Assembly (NCBI GenBank): GCA_964422915.1
Contig: CAYRDG010000001.1
Span: 101,402-165,401 of the forward strand
From: an uncultured Frigoriglobus sp.
GTDB lineage: Bacteria; Planctomycetota; Planctomycetia; Gemmatales; Gemmataceae
Length of the DNA: 64,000 bases
Direction of reading: 5' to 3'
Every line of letters starts with the position of its first letter. Within the stretch, counting starts at the first letter, position 1. Position numbers and translations under genes: made by a program. Positions 1 through 7,595 of the stretch are shown piece after piece. The notes under the pieces are model-generated. The model worked only from the letters and a program-made list of their open reading frames with translations. It was not told the origin of the DNA and searched no databases.

Positions 1-630
1 GCGTATCGCGAGCTTCGCTTCGACGGCGACGACATTCCCAGTGTGAAACGCTTTGACATGACGAACGAGTTCGTCGCATACACAAGCACGTTCTCAAAAC
101 CGTGCGCGCCGGGGCTGAAGACGGGCTACGCGATCCTGCCACCAGACCTGATGGATGCGGTGCTGCACCTGAAGGGAAGCCACGATTTCGGCTCCGCGAA
201 TCTCTCGCAGCATCTCGCCTCGCAGCTCATCGAGAGCGGGGCTTATGCGCGCCATGCGGAGGAACTTCGCGCGGTCTACCGGCACAAGCGCGACGTGATG
301 CTTCAGACGCTCGCGGAGGAGTTTGCCGATTTCCCTTCGGCGAGTTGGACCGAGCCGGCCGGCGGCTTCTATGTCTGGCTAACGCTCGAGGGAATCGACA
401 CTGGTGCGAACGGCCCACTGGTTCCGGCAGCGCTGGAGACCGGTGTGCTGTATGTGCCGGGCGAGTGCGGTCACGTTGCCGACGAGAACGGTTGCGTACC
501 GAACAACGAAATCCGGCTCTGTTTCGGAGTCGCTACTCCCGATCAGGTGGTGGAGGGTATCCGCCGCCTCCGGAAAGCATGCGCGGTGATTACCGGTAAG
601 GCCGTGAGAATGTCTGTCGCGAATGTCTGA
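1..630 (+). CDS. PLP-dependent aminotransferase (fold type I), C-terminal fragment; 5' end outside window
   Basis: Frame 1 is open from base 1 to the stop at 628-630. The C-terminal region (GGFYVWLTLEG, EIRLCFG) looks like the small domain of class I/II or MocR-type aminotransferases. Confidence 0.7.
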   Translation, partial: AYRELRFDGDDIPSVKRFDMTNEFVAYTSTFSKPCAPGLKTGYAILPPDLMDAVLHLKGSHDFGSANLSQHLASQLIESGAYARHAEELRAVYRHKRDVMLQTLAEEFADFPSASWTEPAGGFYVWLTLEGIDTGANGPLVPAALETGVLYVPGECGHVADENGCVPNNEIRLCFGVATPDQVVEGIRRLRKACAVITGKAVRMSVANV

Positions 631-688
631 GCGGTCGCTCAGTCGTGGCAGGGAGGAGATCGAGGCGCCAGCGGGTGCCGCATCCGCA

Positions 689-1567
689 TCATTCCCACAA
701 CGCCAGCACGCGCGTCGGCCCGCCGCTGGCGCGTTCGATCTTCGGCACGCCGATAAAGAGGGTTGCGCCGGCCGGCGGCACCTTCCCCAGATTCGCCACA
801 CATTCCACCGCCCACTTTCCTGCGCCGAGCCAGAGCTTGTGAACAGGGAAGTCGGTCGCGGCGCCGGTGTCGATCGAGAGCGTATCGGCGAGCAACCCGG
901 CGGCGTCGCGCTCGTGAAGGAGGAACTCGGCCACGGTCTTCGAGAAGCCAGGGAAGTGCATTGCCTTCGCCGCGTCTGTTCCCAGAAAGGCTTTCGCGTC
1001 GCCGGCTTTCGCATCCCAGCCGCTACAGAGACAGACAGCGCACCCCTTCGGCAGCTTGCCGTGTGCCTTCTCCCAAGCCAGTAAATCATCCACGCTCACG
1101 GCTGCATCGGAGTCGCGCTTGACACGCGATCGGAGGTCGATGACGGCTGCCGGCGCGATGAACGACGCCGGATCGATCCTCTCCACGGTGACGCCGCTGG
1201 CGGAACAGTGCGACGGCGAGTCGAGGTGTGTGCCGTGGTGTTCGCCCACGTCCCAGCGATTCGCGTAGAAGCCATCATTGGCAAATATACTCTTGTTCGT
1301 GAGTGCGATTGGTTCGTTGCCGGGCCAGATGGGGAATGTGGGCGAGAGAGTGTGTGTCAGATCAAGAACGTGGCCGGCGCGAATGGTCCGGCATACGGCT
1401 GGCGTGCCCGGGGGCGCGGTGTCGTTCGGGCTGTCGTGTACGGAGCAGTTTGCGCCGGTGGTGCAGGAGACGCATGCGGCACCTGCCACGACACCTGCGG
1501 CGAAGTGGATCGCGTCGCGTCGGCTCATCCCGGCCAGTGCGGCTTCGATCACGGATGGGGCGCACAT
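689..1567 (-). CDS. Putative cyclase / kynurenine-formamidase-like hydrolase with Tat-like signal
   Basis: 292-aa ORF with an HHGTHLDSPSH motif (HxGTHxDxPxH of the putative cyclase family) and an N-terminal MSRRDAIHFAAG twin-arginine-like signal. A CAGGAG SD lies 8 nt before the ATG at 1567; an alternative start is at 1528. Confidence 0.75.
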   Translation of the reverse strand: MCAPSVIEAALAGMSRRDAIHFAAGVVAGAACVSCTTGANCSVHDSPNDTAPPGTPAVCRTIRAGHVLDLTHTLSPTFPIWPGNEPIALTNKSIFANDGFYANRWDVGEHHGTHLDSPSHCSASGVTVERIDPASFIAPAAVIDLRSRVKRDSDAAVSVDDLLAWEKAHGKLPKGCAVCLCSGWDAKAGDAKAFLGTDAAKAMHFPGFSKTVAEFLLHERDAAGLLADTLSIDTGAATDFPVHKLWLGAGKWAVECVANLGKVPPAGATLFIGVPKIERASGGPTRVLALWE

Positions 1568-1715
1568 GGCGAGACTCCTGGAGTTCCGGATACGCTGCCT
1601 GCGATGCTACTGCGAACGCGCGGGTGCTTCAACGCACTGCCAAAACTGTTTGACCAGTTCGGCATGAACGTCGTATTATCCGAGTTAGCTCTCCGCCGCA
1701 CTGAGGATTCGCATC

Positions 1716-2927
1716 ATGCTTCGCGTCACCATCCGGTTCGTCGGGGCACTCCTGTTAACCGCCCTCGTGTTCACGCCCACACGGGCTGATGAGCCGGTAT
1801 TCGAGGGACAACCCGTCTCGAAGTGGATCGACGCAGCTCAGAACGCTTCTTCCGCACGCCAGCGTGCGCTGGCCATCACAGCCCTGGGCAAAATCTGGGT
1901 CGCGCACATGGACAGGGATGCGATGACGAACATCGGTCGCGCGCTGCGTGTCGATCCGAGCGCTGCGGTGCGCACCCAGGCGGCCCTCACTCTCGCCGGG
2001 ATGCGGCCCGCCGATGAGAAATACTTCGCGAAAGATCTCGTCGCGGCGCTGGGCACCGAGAAAGTGTCGCGCGTTCGCAGAGAGATTCTCGCCGCGACCG
2101 CGAAGTTCCCGGACGTATGCGCGCTGGCTGTCGAGAACCTTCCGGGCGTCCTGAAGGATCCCGACCCCACAGTGAAGGTCGCCGCTGCAGAGTGTATCGC
2201 CACTGCCGGGGCCAATCTGAAGGAAGGCGCCAAGTCGGCCGCGCCTGGACTCGTGCCACTTCTGAAGGACGAGAACAAAGCGGTACGCGCCGCGGCAATC
2301 TTCGCGCTGGGTCGCATTCAACCTGATGGTGCCTCCACACTCTCCAACACGATGGCAACGATGCTCGGTGCCGAGAAGGACACCAGCATCAAGCGCGAAC
2401 TTGTCACATCGATCGGGCTGTTGGGCGAGAAGTCCGGGCCAGTTGTGGAGTCGCTGGGCGCGGCGCTGTCCGATTCCGACGATGAGGTCCGTCGGCGTGC
2501 AGCGCGTGTGCTGGGCACCTTCGGCACGGCCGCGGCGCCCGTTGCCGACAAACTCTTCAAGACGCTCGCGAGCGACAAGGCCGCGGATGTGCGTGTGGAT
2601 GCCGTGCGTGCGCTCGGCTCGGCGCTCGGCCCGGCGGGAGTGAAGTCGCGGGTCAAGGATTACTGCGCGCAGCTCGATCTGACGGCACAGCCGGCGTTCG
2701 AGGTGAGGCTGGCACTCGTGGAAGAAATCGGTGCGCTGGGGTGGGAGCATCTCGGCCAGTACCGAAAAGCGCCCGATAAGGCGGCTCAAACTCTGACGCA
2801 TGAAGTCATCGCGGCGTTGCGGCGGCGACTGGCCGATCCGCAGGTAAACGTGCGTGATGCGGCAGCCAGGGCGATTCGCCACATCGAGATGAAGCCTGAG
2901 CCGAAGAAGGAACCGGAGAAGCCGTGA
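1716..2927 (+). CDS. Exported HEAT-repeat protein
   Basis: 403-aa ORF with a signal-peptide-like N-terminus (LLLTALVFTPTRA). It contains repeated ~30-aa units of the type D..VR..AA.ALG typical of HEAT/PBS lyase-like repeats. Confidence 0.7.
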   Translation: MLRVTIRFVGALLLTALVFTPTRADEPVFEGQPVSKWIDAAQNASSARQRALAITALGKIWVAHMDRDAMTNIGRALRVDPSAAVRTQAALTLAGMRPADEKYFAKDLVAALGTEKVSRVRREILAATAKFPDVCALAVENLPGVLKDPDPTVKVAAAECIATAGANLKEGAKSAAPGLVPLLKDENKAVRAAAIFALGRIQPDGASTLSNTMATMLGAEKDTSIKRELVTSIGLLGEKSGPVVESLGAALSDSDDEVRRRAARVLGTFGTAAAPVADKLFKTLASDKAADVRVDAVRALGSALGPAGVKSRVKDYCAQLDLTAQPAFEVRLALVEEIGALGWEHLGQYRKAPDKAAQTLTHEVIAALRRRLADPQVNVRDAAARAIRHIEMKPEPKKEPEKP

Positions 2928-3070
2928 GTGCGCCGTGCGATCGTCAAGACCGGTAACCATTTCGTAGCCACCGAAGTCCGCCTAACCGGCGCACTTTTCG
3001 GTACGGCCGATCCTTTCGCGCGAAGCGCTATAACCCGGTTGACATCGGTATTGGGCGTTCTAGATACAGG

Positions 3071-4375
3071 ATGAATTACCTGAATTCATCCGTCGCCGAA
3101 CGGCCCCTCCTGCCGGCAACGGATCGGAGAACGCCGCTGATGTCTTCTCCTGGAACGCTATCCGCCGCACTGCACGTTCTGCCGAACTGGTGGCAGGACG
3201 CGTCCGACCCCGTTGTCTTCGACATGCTACTGGTGAACTGGTCGCGAGCGTGTGGGTGGAAGGCGAGCGGATTCGCGTGGGTGGGTGACAGCGAACCCGT
3301 GGCGCGGACGGTGCAGGGCGGCTCCGAGGTCGAGTTCATGGCACCCCCGGAGGTGCCCGACGCACTGCGTCGCCTCAAACACGGTGAAACGAGCGCCTTT
3401 TACTCACTGCCGAACTCGGCCGGGCGAGTCTTCGCGGCAGTGCAACCGGCCGGTCGCACCCCCGGCGTTCTGTGGGCAGAAAAGCCCGCGGGTCAGCCCT
3501 GGAGCGATGCCGAACGCGCTTACCTCACGCTTGCGGCCCGCACGGTCGAACGTGCTCCGGTGCTGTCGGCGATTATCGGGCCGGTCATCGATCCCGACCG
3601 GCTTTACCAGCGACTCGGAGACGCTGCCGTGATCGCCGGCCGTCTCGCGCACGACTTCGACAACTTGCTGCAGGGGATTATCGGCTTCTCCGACCTGACG
3701 CTGCCGCTGGTTCCCTCAGGTACGCAAGCGGCGAACTTCGTCGCCGAGATCGGCAAGGTCGGTCAGCGCGGGATTCAGTTCACGCAGCAACTGCACCACC
3801 TGAGCCGCAGCGGCCAAGTGAAGCCGACCCCTGGCTCGGTGGCGTTGGCTATTAACAAGGAGGAGACTCGCCTCCGGTCGGTGCTGCCCGTTGGCGTGCG
3901 TGTGGAGAAGGAATTGACCCCGAACCTGCCGCCTGTGGCTATGGAGGCCGGGCCGCTCCAGAGCGTACTGGGTCACTTGCTGGAAAACGCAGTCGAGGCC
4001 TGCCCGCAAGGGGGCGTGGTGCGGGTATCGGCTCGCACGGTCGAAATGGGCGAGGCAGAGGCCCGGGCCTATCTGGGCCGCGCCGGCGCCGGAGCATACT
4101 TGCAAATCAGCGTTTCCGACACCGGTTCGGGTATCCGTCCGGAAGTGCGGCGACGACTTTTCGTTGAACCGTTCTTCACCACCAAGGTGCGGCATCGCGG
4201 GTTGGGACTAGCTGTGGTCTACCGCGTACTCTGCTCGCATCGTGGTGGCATCCAACTGGAATCCGTACCCCCACCCGGGACCGGCACGCTGGCCAAAGTC
4301 GTGCTGCCACTGGCGGCCGTCCGGCCACCTGCGGTCGTCGCCGGACCCATTGCCGCCACCGCGGTCGGAGGTTGA
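3071..4375 (+). CDS. Soluble sensor histidine kinase
   Basis: H-box AHDFDNLLQGIIGFSDL, an N-box-like LLENAVEA, and G-boxes DTGSGI and GLGLAVVYRV. I saw no obvious TM helix. Confidence 0.85.
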   Translation: MNYLNSSVAERPLLPATDRRTPLMSSPGTLSAALHVLPNWWQDASDPVVFDMLLVNWSRACGWKASGFAWVGDSEPVARTVQGGSEVEFMAPPEVPDALRRLKHGETSAFYSLPNSAGRVFAAVQPAGRTPGVLWAEKPAGQPWSDAERAYLTLAARTVERAPVLSAIIGPVIDPDRLYQRLGDAAVIAGRLAHDFDNLLQGIIGFSDLTLPLVPSGTQAANFVAEIGKVGQRGIQFTQQLHHLSRSGQVKPTPGSVALAINKEETRLRSVLPVGVRVEKELTPNLPPVAMEAGPLQSVLGHLLENAVEACPQGGVVRVSARTVEMGEAEARAYLGRAGAGAYLQISVSDTGSGIRPEVRRRLFVEPFFTTKVRHRGLGLAVVYRVLCSHRGGIQLESVPPPGTGTLAKVVLPLAAVRPPAVVAGPIAATAVGG

Positions 4376-4380
4376 ATCCC

Positions 4381-5118
4381 ATGCACTTTGACATCGAAGA
4401 GCGTCTGACCCCCGCAATGAATATGATCCAGACACCCAAACCCATGTTCCCACCGATCACTCCTTCGCCGAAGCGTTTTCCCTCTGCGACCGAGCGAGAG
4501 TTGCAGTCGGCCGGCGATATCCACATCCTGATTCTGGATGACGACCCGCACACCTGTGCTGTCATCCAGGCCGCGTTGTCGAACCGCGACTTCGTTGTGG
4601 ATGTGGTCAGCGACCCGATGTTGGTGGAATCCGCGCTTTCCGGATCAACCAACTACCACCTCATCATCCTCGACTACGTACTGCCTGGCCTGGACACGGA
4701 GCAAGTCTTCGGGTGGGTCCGCGACCGTCAGCCCGATGCTAACATCGTTGTTGTCACCGGCTATCCGTCTGTCGATAGCGCCATCAACTGCCTGCGGGCC
4801 AAGACCTGCGACTACCTGACCAAGCCGTTTCAGGTGGAGCAACTCCGCGAGATCGTCTACCGGTGCCTGGAAACCAAGGGCCTCCTGCGGATGACCGAAG
4901 ACGCGCTGAAGGAAGCGCTGGGGACGGCGATCCGGGAACGCCGTAAGACTCTGGGGCTGACGCTGGCCAACATGAGCGACCGCACGGGTGTCTCGCTCGG
5001 TTACCTCAGCCAGATTGAACTGGGAAAGAACTCCGCCAGCATCGAGACGCTCTACCGCATCTGCCTGGCGCTGGGAATGAAGATGAGCGAACTTTTCAAC
5101 GCTATCCAGCGAAGCTGA
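4381..5118 (+). CDS. Response regulator: REC domain fused to an XRE-family HTH domain
   Basis: REC motifs ILILDDD, DYVLPGLD and LTKPF. The C-terminal LGLTLANMSDRTGVSLGYLSQIELGKNSASIETLYRICLALG matches an HTH_3/XRE fold. A GGAGG SD lies 10 nt upstream of the ATG at 4381; the ORF track starts at the TTG at 4372. Confidence 0.8.
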   Translation: MHFDIEERLTPAMNMIQTPKPMFPPITPSPKRFPSATERELQSAGDIHILILDDDPHTCAVIQAALSNRDFVVDVVSDPMLVESALSGSTNYHLIILDYVLPGLDTEQVFGWVRDRQPDANIVVVTGYPSVDSAINCLRAKTCDYLTKPFQVEQLREIVYRCLETKGLLRMTEDALKEALGTAIRERRKTLGLTLANMSDRTGVSLGYLSQIELGKNSASIETLYRICLALGMKMSELFNAIQRS

Positions 5119-5138
5119 AGTTGGAGTATGACGTACAG

Positions 5139-5173
5139 AGGGGCCGGCATTCCACCCTGGAGTGCCGACCCCT
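5139..5173. terminator. Hairpin between convergent genes (candidate bidirectional terminator)
   Basis: AGGGGCCGGCA (5139-5149) pairs with TGCCGACCCCT (5163-5173) at 10 of 11 positions, with a 13-nt loop. It is followed by TTCGCGTTT on the plus strand. Confidence 0.4.
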
Positions 5174-5185
5174 TTCGCGTTTCAT

Positions 5186-5431
5186 TCACCGCTTCAACTT
5201 CAGTCGCTCGTCGAGCCTTTCCGCTATGGCGTCCTCGTCGGGGAACTTCCCTGTTTCCAGCTTCGAGTAAATCAACTCGCCGTTGAACGAGATTTCAAAG
5301 CAACCGCCGCCAGACGGCACGAGGGTGAGGCCTGCGAGCTTCTGCTTGAAGCCCGTGAGCAAACGGGCCGCCAAACTGACGGCCTTTGGCTCGTACCCTC
5401 AAAGTGAGCAGTATTTCACTTCAACATTCAT
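5186..5431 (-). CDS. SelW/SelT/Rdx-family selenoprotein; in-frame UGA (minus-strand codon at 5399-5401) read as selenocysteine
   Basis: Manual minus-strand translation from the ATG at 5431-5429 gives MNVEVKYCSL-U-GYEPKAVSLAARLLTGFKQKLAGLTLVPSGGGCFEISFNGELIYSKLETGKFPDEDAIAERLDERLKLKR. CSLU is the CxxU redox motif, and GGxFE...G.LIYSK...G.FP is the Rdx core. A GGAGA SD lies 7 nt upstream of the ATG. The ORF track reports only the part downstream of the UGA (5186-5374). Confidence 0.8.
5370..5390 (-). promoter_or_regulatory. Candidate bacterial SECIS hairpin
   Basis: On the minus strand, 8 nt after the UGA: GCCAAA-GGCCGUCAG-UUUGGC (6-bp stem, 9-nt loop). A second 6-bp hairpin (GCCCGU-UUGCUC-ACGGGC) follows. 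The assignment rests on position only. Confidence 0.3.
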
Positions 5432-5434
5432 GCG

Positions 5435-5470
5435 ATGTCTCCAGGTTGAAAGCGGGCGATCTGGAGACAT
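5435..5470 (-). promoter_or_regulatory. Intercistronic hairpin overlapping the selenoprotein Shine-Dalgarno sequence
   Basis: Perfect 10-bp inverted repeat, ATGTCTCCAG (5435-5444) and CTGGAGACAT (5461-5470), with a 16-nt loop. On the minus-strand mRNA the ATG-proximal arm contains the GGAGA SD. Confidence 0.4.
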
Positions 5471-5483
5471 TCTACACTCGGAA

Positions 5484-6227
5484 CTAGGCGCGCGGGCCGC
5501 CACGATGCGACATCAGGAATTGATCGAGGCCGTGTGGGCCGCCGGTGTAGACCACCACAAATGTCACCGCCCCCAGACCGTGCTCCTCTGCAGGGATGAC
5601 TCGCGCGGTGGCGTGCGAGGACTGAGCGTCGTGGATGCCCTTCAGGTCGAAGTGGCCGTCGTGGCGGAAGACATAGACCTTCGCGGAGCCTCTGCCATTT
5701 GGACTGCGGAACACGATCACGGGCACATCGTTTCCTTGCAACCGCTCCACACCCTGAAAGACGAGCAAGTCGTAGTCGAAGGGGAAGGGCAACCGGTTGG
5801 GGATGTTGTTCGCAGCGAGGAACTGCCGGGTCGATTCCGGCGGGTCGTTCATCTCGTCGTCGATCTTCTGAACCATCAAGTCCGTGTCGACCTTCGGGCG
5901 TGATGCCGAGAAGAGGCTGACCCCCAGGAGCATGAGCACGACCGCGGCCGCCACGGCGACTCCGCTGCGGTAGAGCTTGCGGCGGAGGATTAGTCCCTGC
6001 TTCGCAGAGACATGCGCGATGAGCTGGTCGCGCAGCCCTGCCGGGACCGGCACCGCGCGCATGGCGGAAGCTACCGCGTGATCGAACGATGCGGCCGCGC
6101 GTGCATCGGCGGCGCAGGCGGCGCAGGTTGCGAAGTGGCCTTCCAGCGAGGCCGTCACGTCCGCGCCGAGTTCCTCGGCCGCGTGTCGCCTTAATCGCAG
6201 ATAGAACTGTGCGTCACGGCACTCCAT
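5484..6227 (-). CDS. Membrane-anchored anti-sigma factor with zf-HC2 (HxxxCxxC) N-terminal domain
   Basis: N-terminus MECRDAQFYL...EGHFATCAACAADA carries the H-x3-C-x2-C zinc anti-sigma motif. One TM helix (VAVAAAVVLMLLGVSLF) is followed by a ~130-aa extracytoplasmic domain. The start overlaps the sigma gene stop by 14 nt. Confidence 0.8.
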   Translation of the reverse strand: MECRDAQFYLRLRRHAAEELGADVTASLEGHFATCAACAADARAAASFDHAVASAMRAVPVPAGLRDQLIAHVSAKQGLILRRKLYRSGVAVAAAVVLMLLGVSLFSASRPKVDTDLMVQKIDDEMNDPPESTRQFLAANNIPNRLPFPFDYDLLVFQGVERLQGNDVPVIVFRSPNGRGSAKVYVFRHDGHFDLKGIHDAQSSHATARVIPAEEHGLGAVTFVVVYTGGPHGLDQFLMSHRGGPRA

Positions 6228-6768
6228 CGGTCACCTTCTTCGGGCCGGCGGCCTTTCCGTCGTGTTGGGCCTCGTCCCCATCGGCTGGCGTCAGACGATT
6301 TCGCAAGTATGCCTTGCCTCGCGCCAGCCGCGACATCACCGTTCCGATTGGCAATTCCATCTGCTCGGCGATGTCACGATAACTGAACTCTTCAAAATAG
6401 AACAGAATGATGGGCGTTCGGAACGTCTCGTCCAGGTCGTTGAGCGCTTGCTGGAGCTGCGCCGGGTCGATGTCCGGTACCGGGTCGTCCTCGCGCTGCA
6501 TCAGGTCGCCGACCGCATCGAGCGGTACAAGCCTGTGCCGCTTCTGATCGCGGATCCGGTGCAGGTAGAGGTTTCGCATAATGCGAAACAGCCACGCCTT
6601 CGCTCGATCCGGCTCGCGGAGTTGCGGCAGGTGAGCCAGTGCCTTGCCGAATGTCTCCTGCGTTAGATCGTCCGCATCGGCCGAGGAACCGCTGAGCCGG
6701 TAGGCGTAGCGGTAAAGCCCCTCGTAGTGAGCGTCGATCAACTGGGGCAGCCCACCGGCGGAAGGCAT
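6214..6768 (-). CDS. ECF-type RNA polymerase sigma-70 factor
   Basis: Region 2 (LYRYAYRLSGSSADADDLTQETFGKAL, WLFRIMRNLYLHRIR) and region 4 (FEEFSYRDIAEQMELPIGTVMSRLARGK) are recognisable. A GAGGGAG SD precedes the ATG. Confidence 0.9.
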   Translation of the reverse strand: MPSAGGLPQLIDAHYEGLYRYAYRLSGSSADADDLTQETFGKALAHLPQLREPDRAKAWLFRIMRNLYLHRIRDQKRHRLVPLDAVGDLMQREDDPVPDIDPAQLQQALNDLDETFRTPIILFYFEEFSYRDIAEQMELPIGTVMSRLARGKAYLRNRLTPADGDEAQHDGKAAGPKKVTDGVP

Positions 6769-7153
6769 AATGCTCCCTCATGATAACGGAACCCGAACCT
6801 GGCGATTTATTCCCTGAAGATGTGTTCGCCCGGCGCGCGTTCATCTCACAGAAGAACGCCGGACGGGCCGACGAAAATCACGATAGGGAGAAATCGATCG
6901 CTTTCTGAGAATTTTCGGGAATAACCTCCGTGGCTCAGTATCAATGTCGGCGTGGGTTAAACGGGCCGGCAGCAACGGCCGGAGTCCACTCGCTGCAAGT
7001 CGCATCCCATGAAGGGTTTGTGTCGTACGCGAGTTCTGGCAGCCGCCCGACCCCTCACACAGAAGGCCGCGACCCGGATTTGGCCGGGACCGTGAGTAAC
7101 CTCTCTGTTGTTCCCCACTGGTTCCCCGTCAGGGGTCGTTCAAGGAGATACTG

Positions 7154-7249
7154 ATGAAGCGGATCATCGTCGCGCTGGTTCTGGCTCTGAGCGTCGTTTC
7201 GGTCGTCGGCTGCGGCGGCGGCAGCGCCACCACCGGCACGAAGAAGTAA
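7154..7249 (+). CDS. Mini-lipoprotein (31 aa): signal peptide plus lipobox, 12-aa mature peptide
   Basis: MKRIIVALVLALSVVSVVGCGGGSATTGTKK. A strong AAGGAGA SD lies 6 nt upstream, the lipobox is VVG|C, and the ORF is followed by its own hairpin. It is absent from the ORF track because it is too short. Confidence 0.5.
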   Translation: MKRIIVALVLALSVVSVVGCGGGSATTGTKK

Positions 7250-7289
7250 GTTCGCTGCCCGTCTCGACGGGACCCACTTCATCGTGGAA

Positions 7290-7321
7290 GAAGGGTCGGC
7301 CGTTTCGACGGTCGGCCCTTC
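7290..7321 (+). terminator. Stem-loop with UUCG tetraloop after the first mini-lipoprotein ORF
   Basis: GAAGGGTCGGCCGT-TTCG-ACGGTCGGCCCTTC forms a 14-bp stem including two G-U pairs. It is followed by TGCGTTTCC. Confidence 0.5.
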
Positions 7322-7355
7322 TGCGTTTCCGCTCACCTCTTTCGAGATCACTCCT

Positions 7356-7475
7356 GTGCGCCGATTCTTCCTTCTCGCGCTTCTCATGGCTCTCACCCTG
7401 CCAACTCTCGGATGCGGCGGCGGTCGCGAACGGGGAAAGAATAGCGACCTCGACCGCCCCACCACCAAACGGTAG
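7356..7475 (+). CDS. Second mini-lipoprotein-like ORF (39 aa, GTG start)
   Basis: VRRFFLLALLMALTLPTLGCGGGRERGKNSDLDRPTTKR. It has the same signal-GCGGG architecture as 7154-7249, but the lipobox is less canonical (TLG|C) and the SD is weak. It lies inside the 7284-7475 track ORF. Confidence 0.35.
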   Translation: MRRFFLLALLMALTLPTLGCGGGRERGKNSDLDRPTTKR

Positions 7476-7595
7476 CGATTGCACAACGCACCGGGATTGA
7501 TCTTATACTTGAGTATACCCTTCTCGTTGAGAGCGCCCACTCGCTCGGATGCCGCTTCCCATTGGGGGCGGCAGGAAGCGTGACCGGCGCCGCTG

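Noticed and set aside
1755-2960. 401-aa minus-strand ORF fully antisense to the HEAT-repeat gene
   Set aside because: It is Arg/Gly/Pro/His-rich with no recognisable motifs. It mirrors a well-supported plus-strand gene, which is typical of a shadow ORF in a high-GC genome.
6929-6990. GTGGCTCAGT string resembling a tRNA D-arm in the sigma / mini-lipoprotein intergenic region
   Set aside because: It has no matching D-stem complement, T-loop (GGTTCGAATCC-like) or acceptor-stem pairing, so it is not a tRNA.
7504-7517. AT-rich inverted repeat TATACT-TG-AGTATA downstream of the second mini-ORF
   Set aside because: The arms are only 6 bp, which is too short to tell apart from chance.
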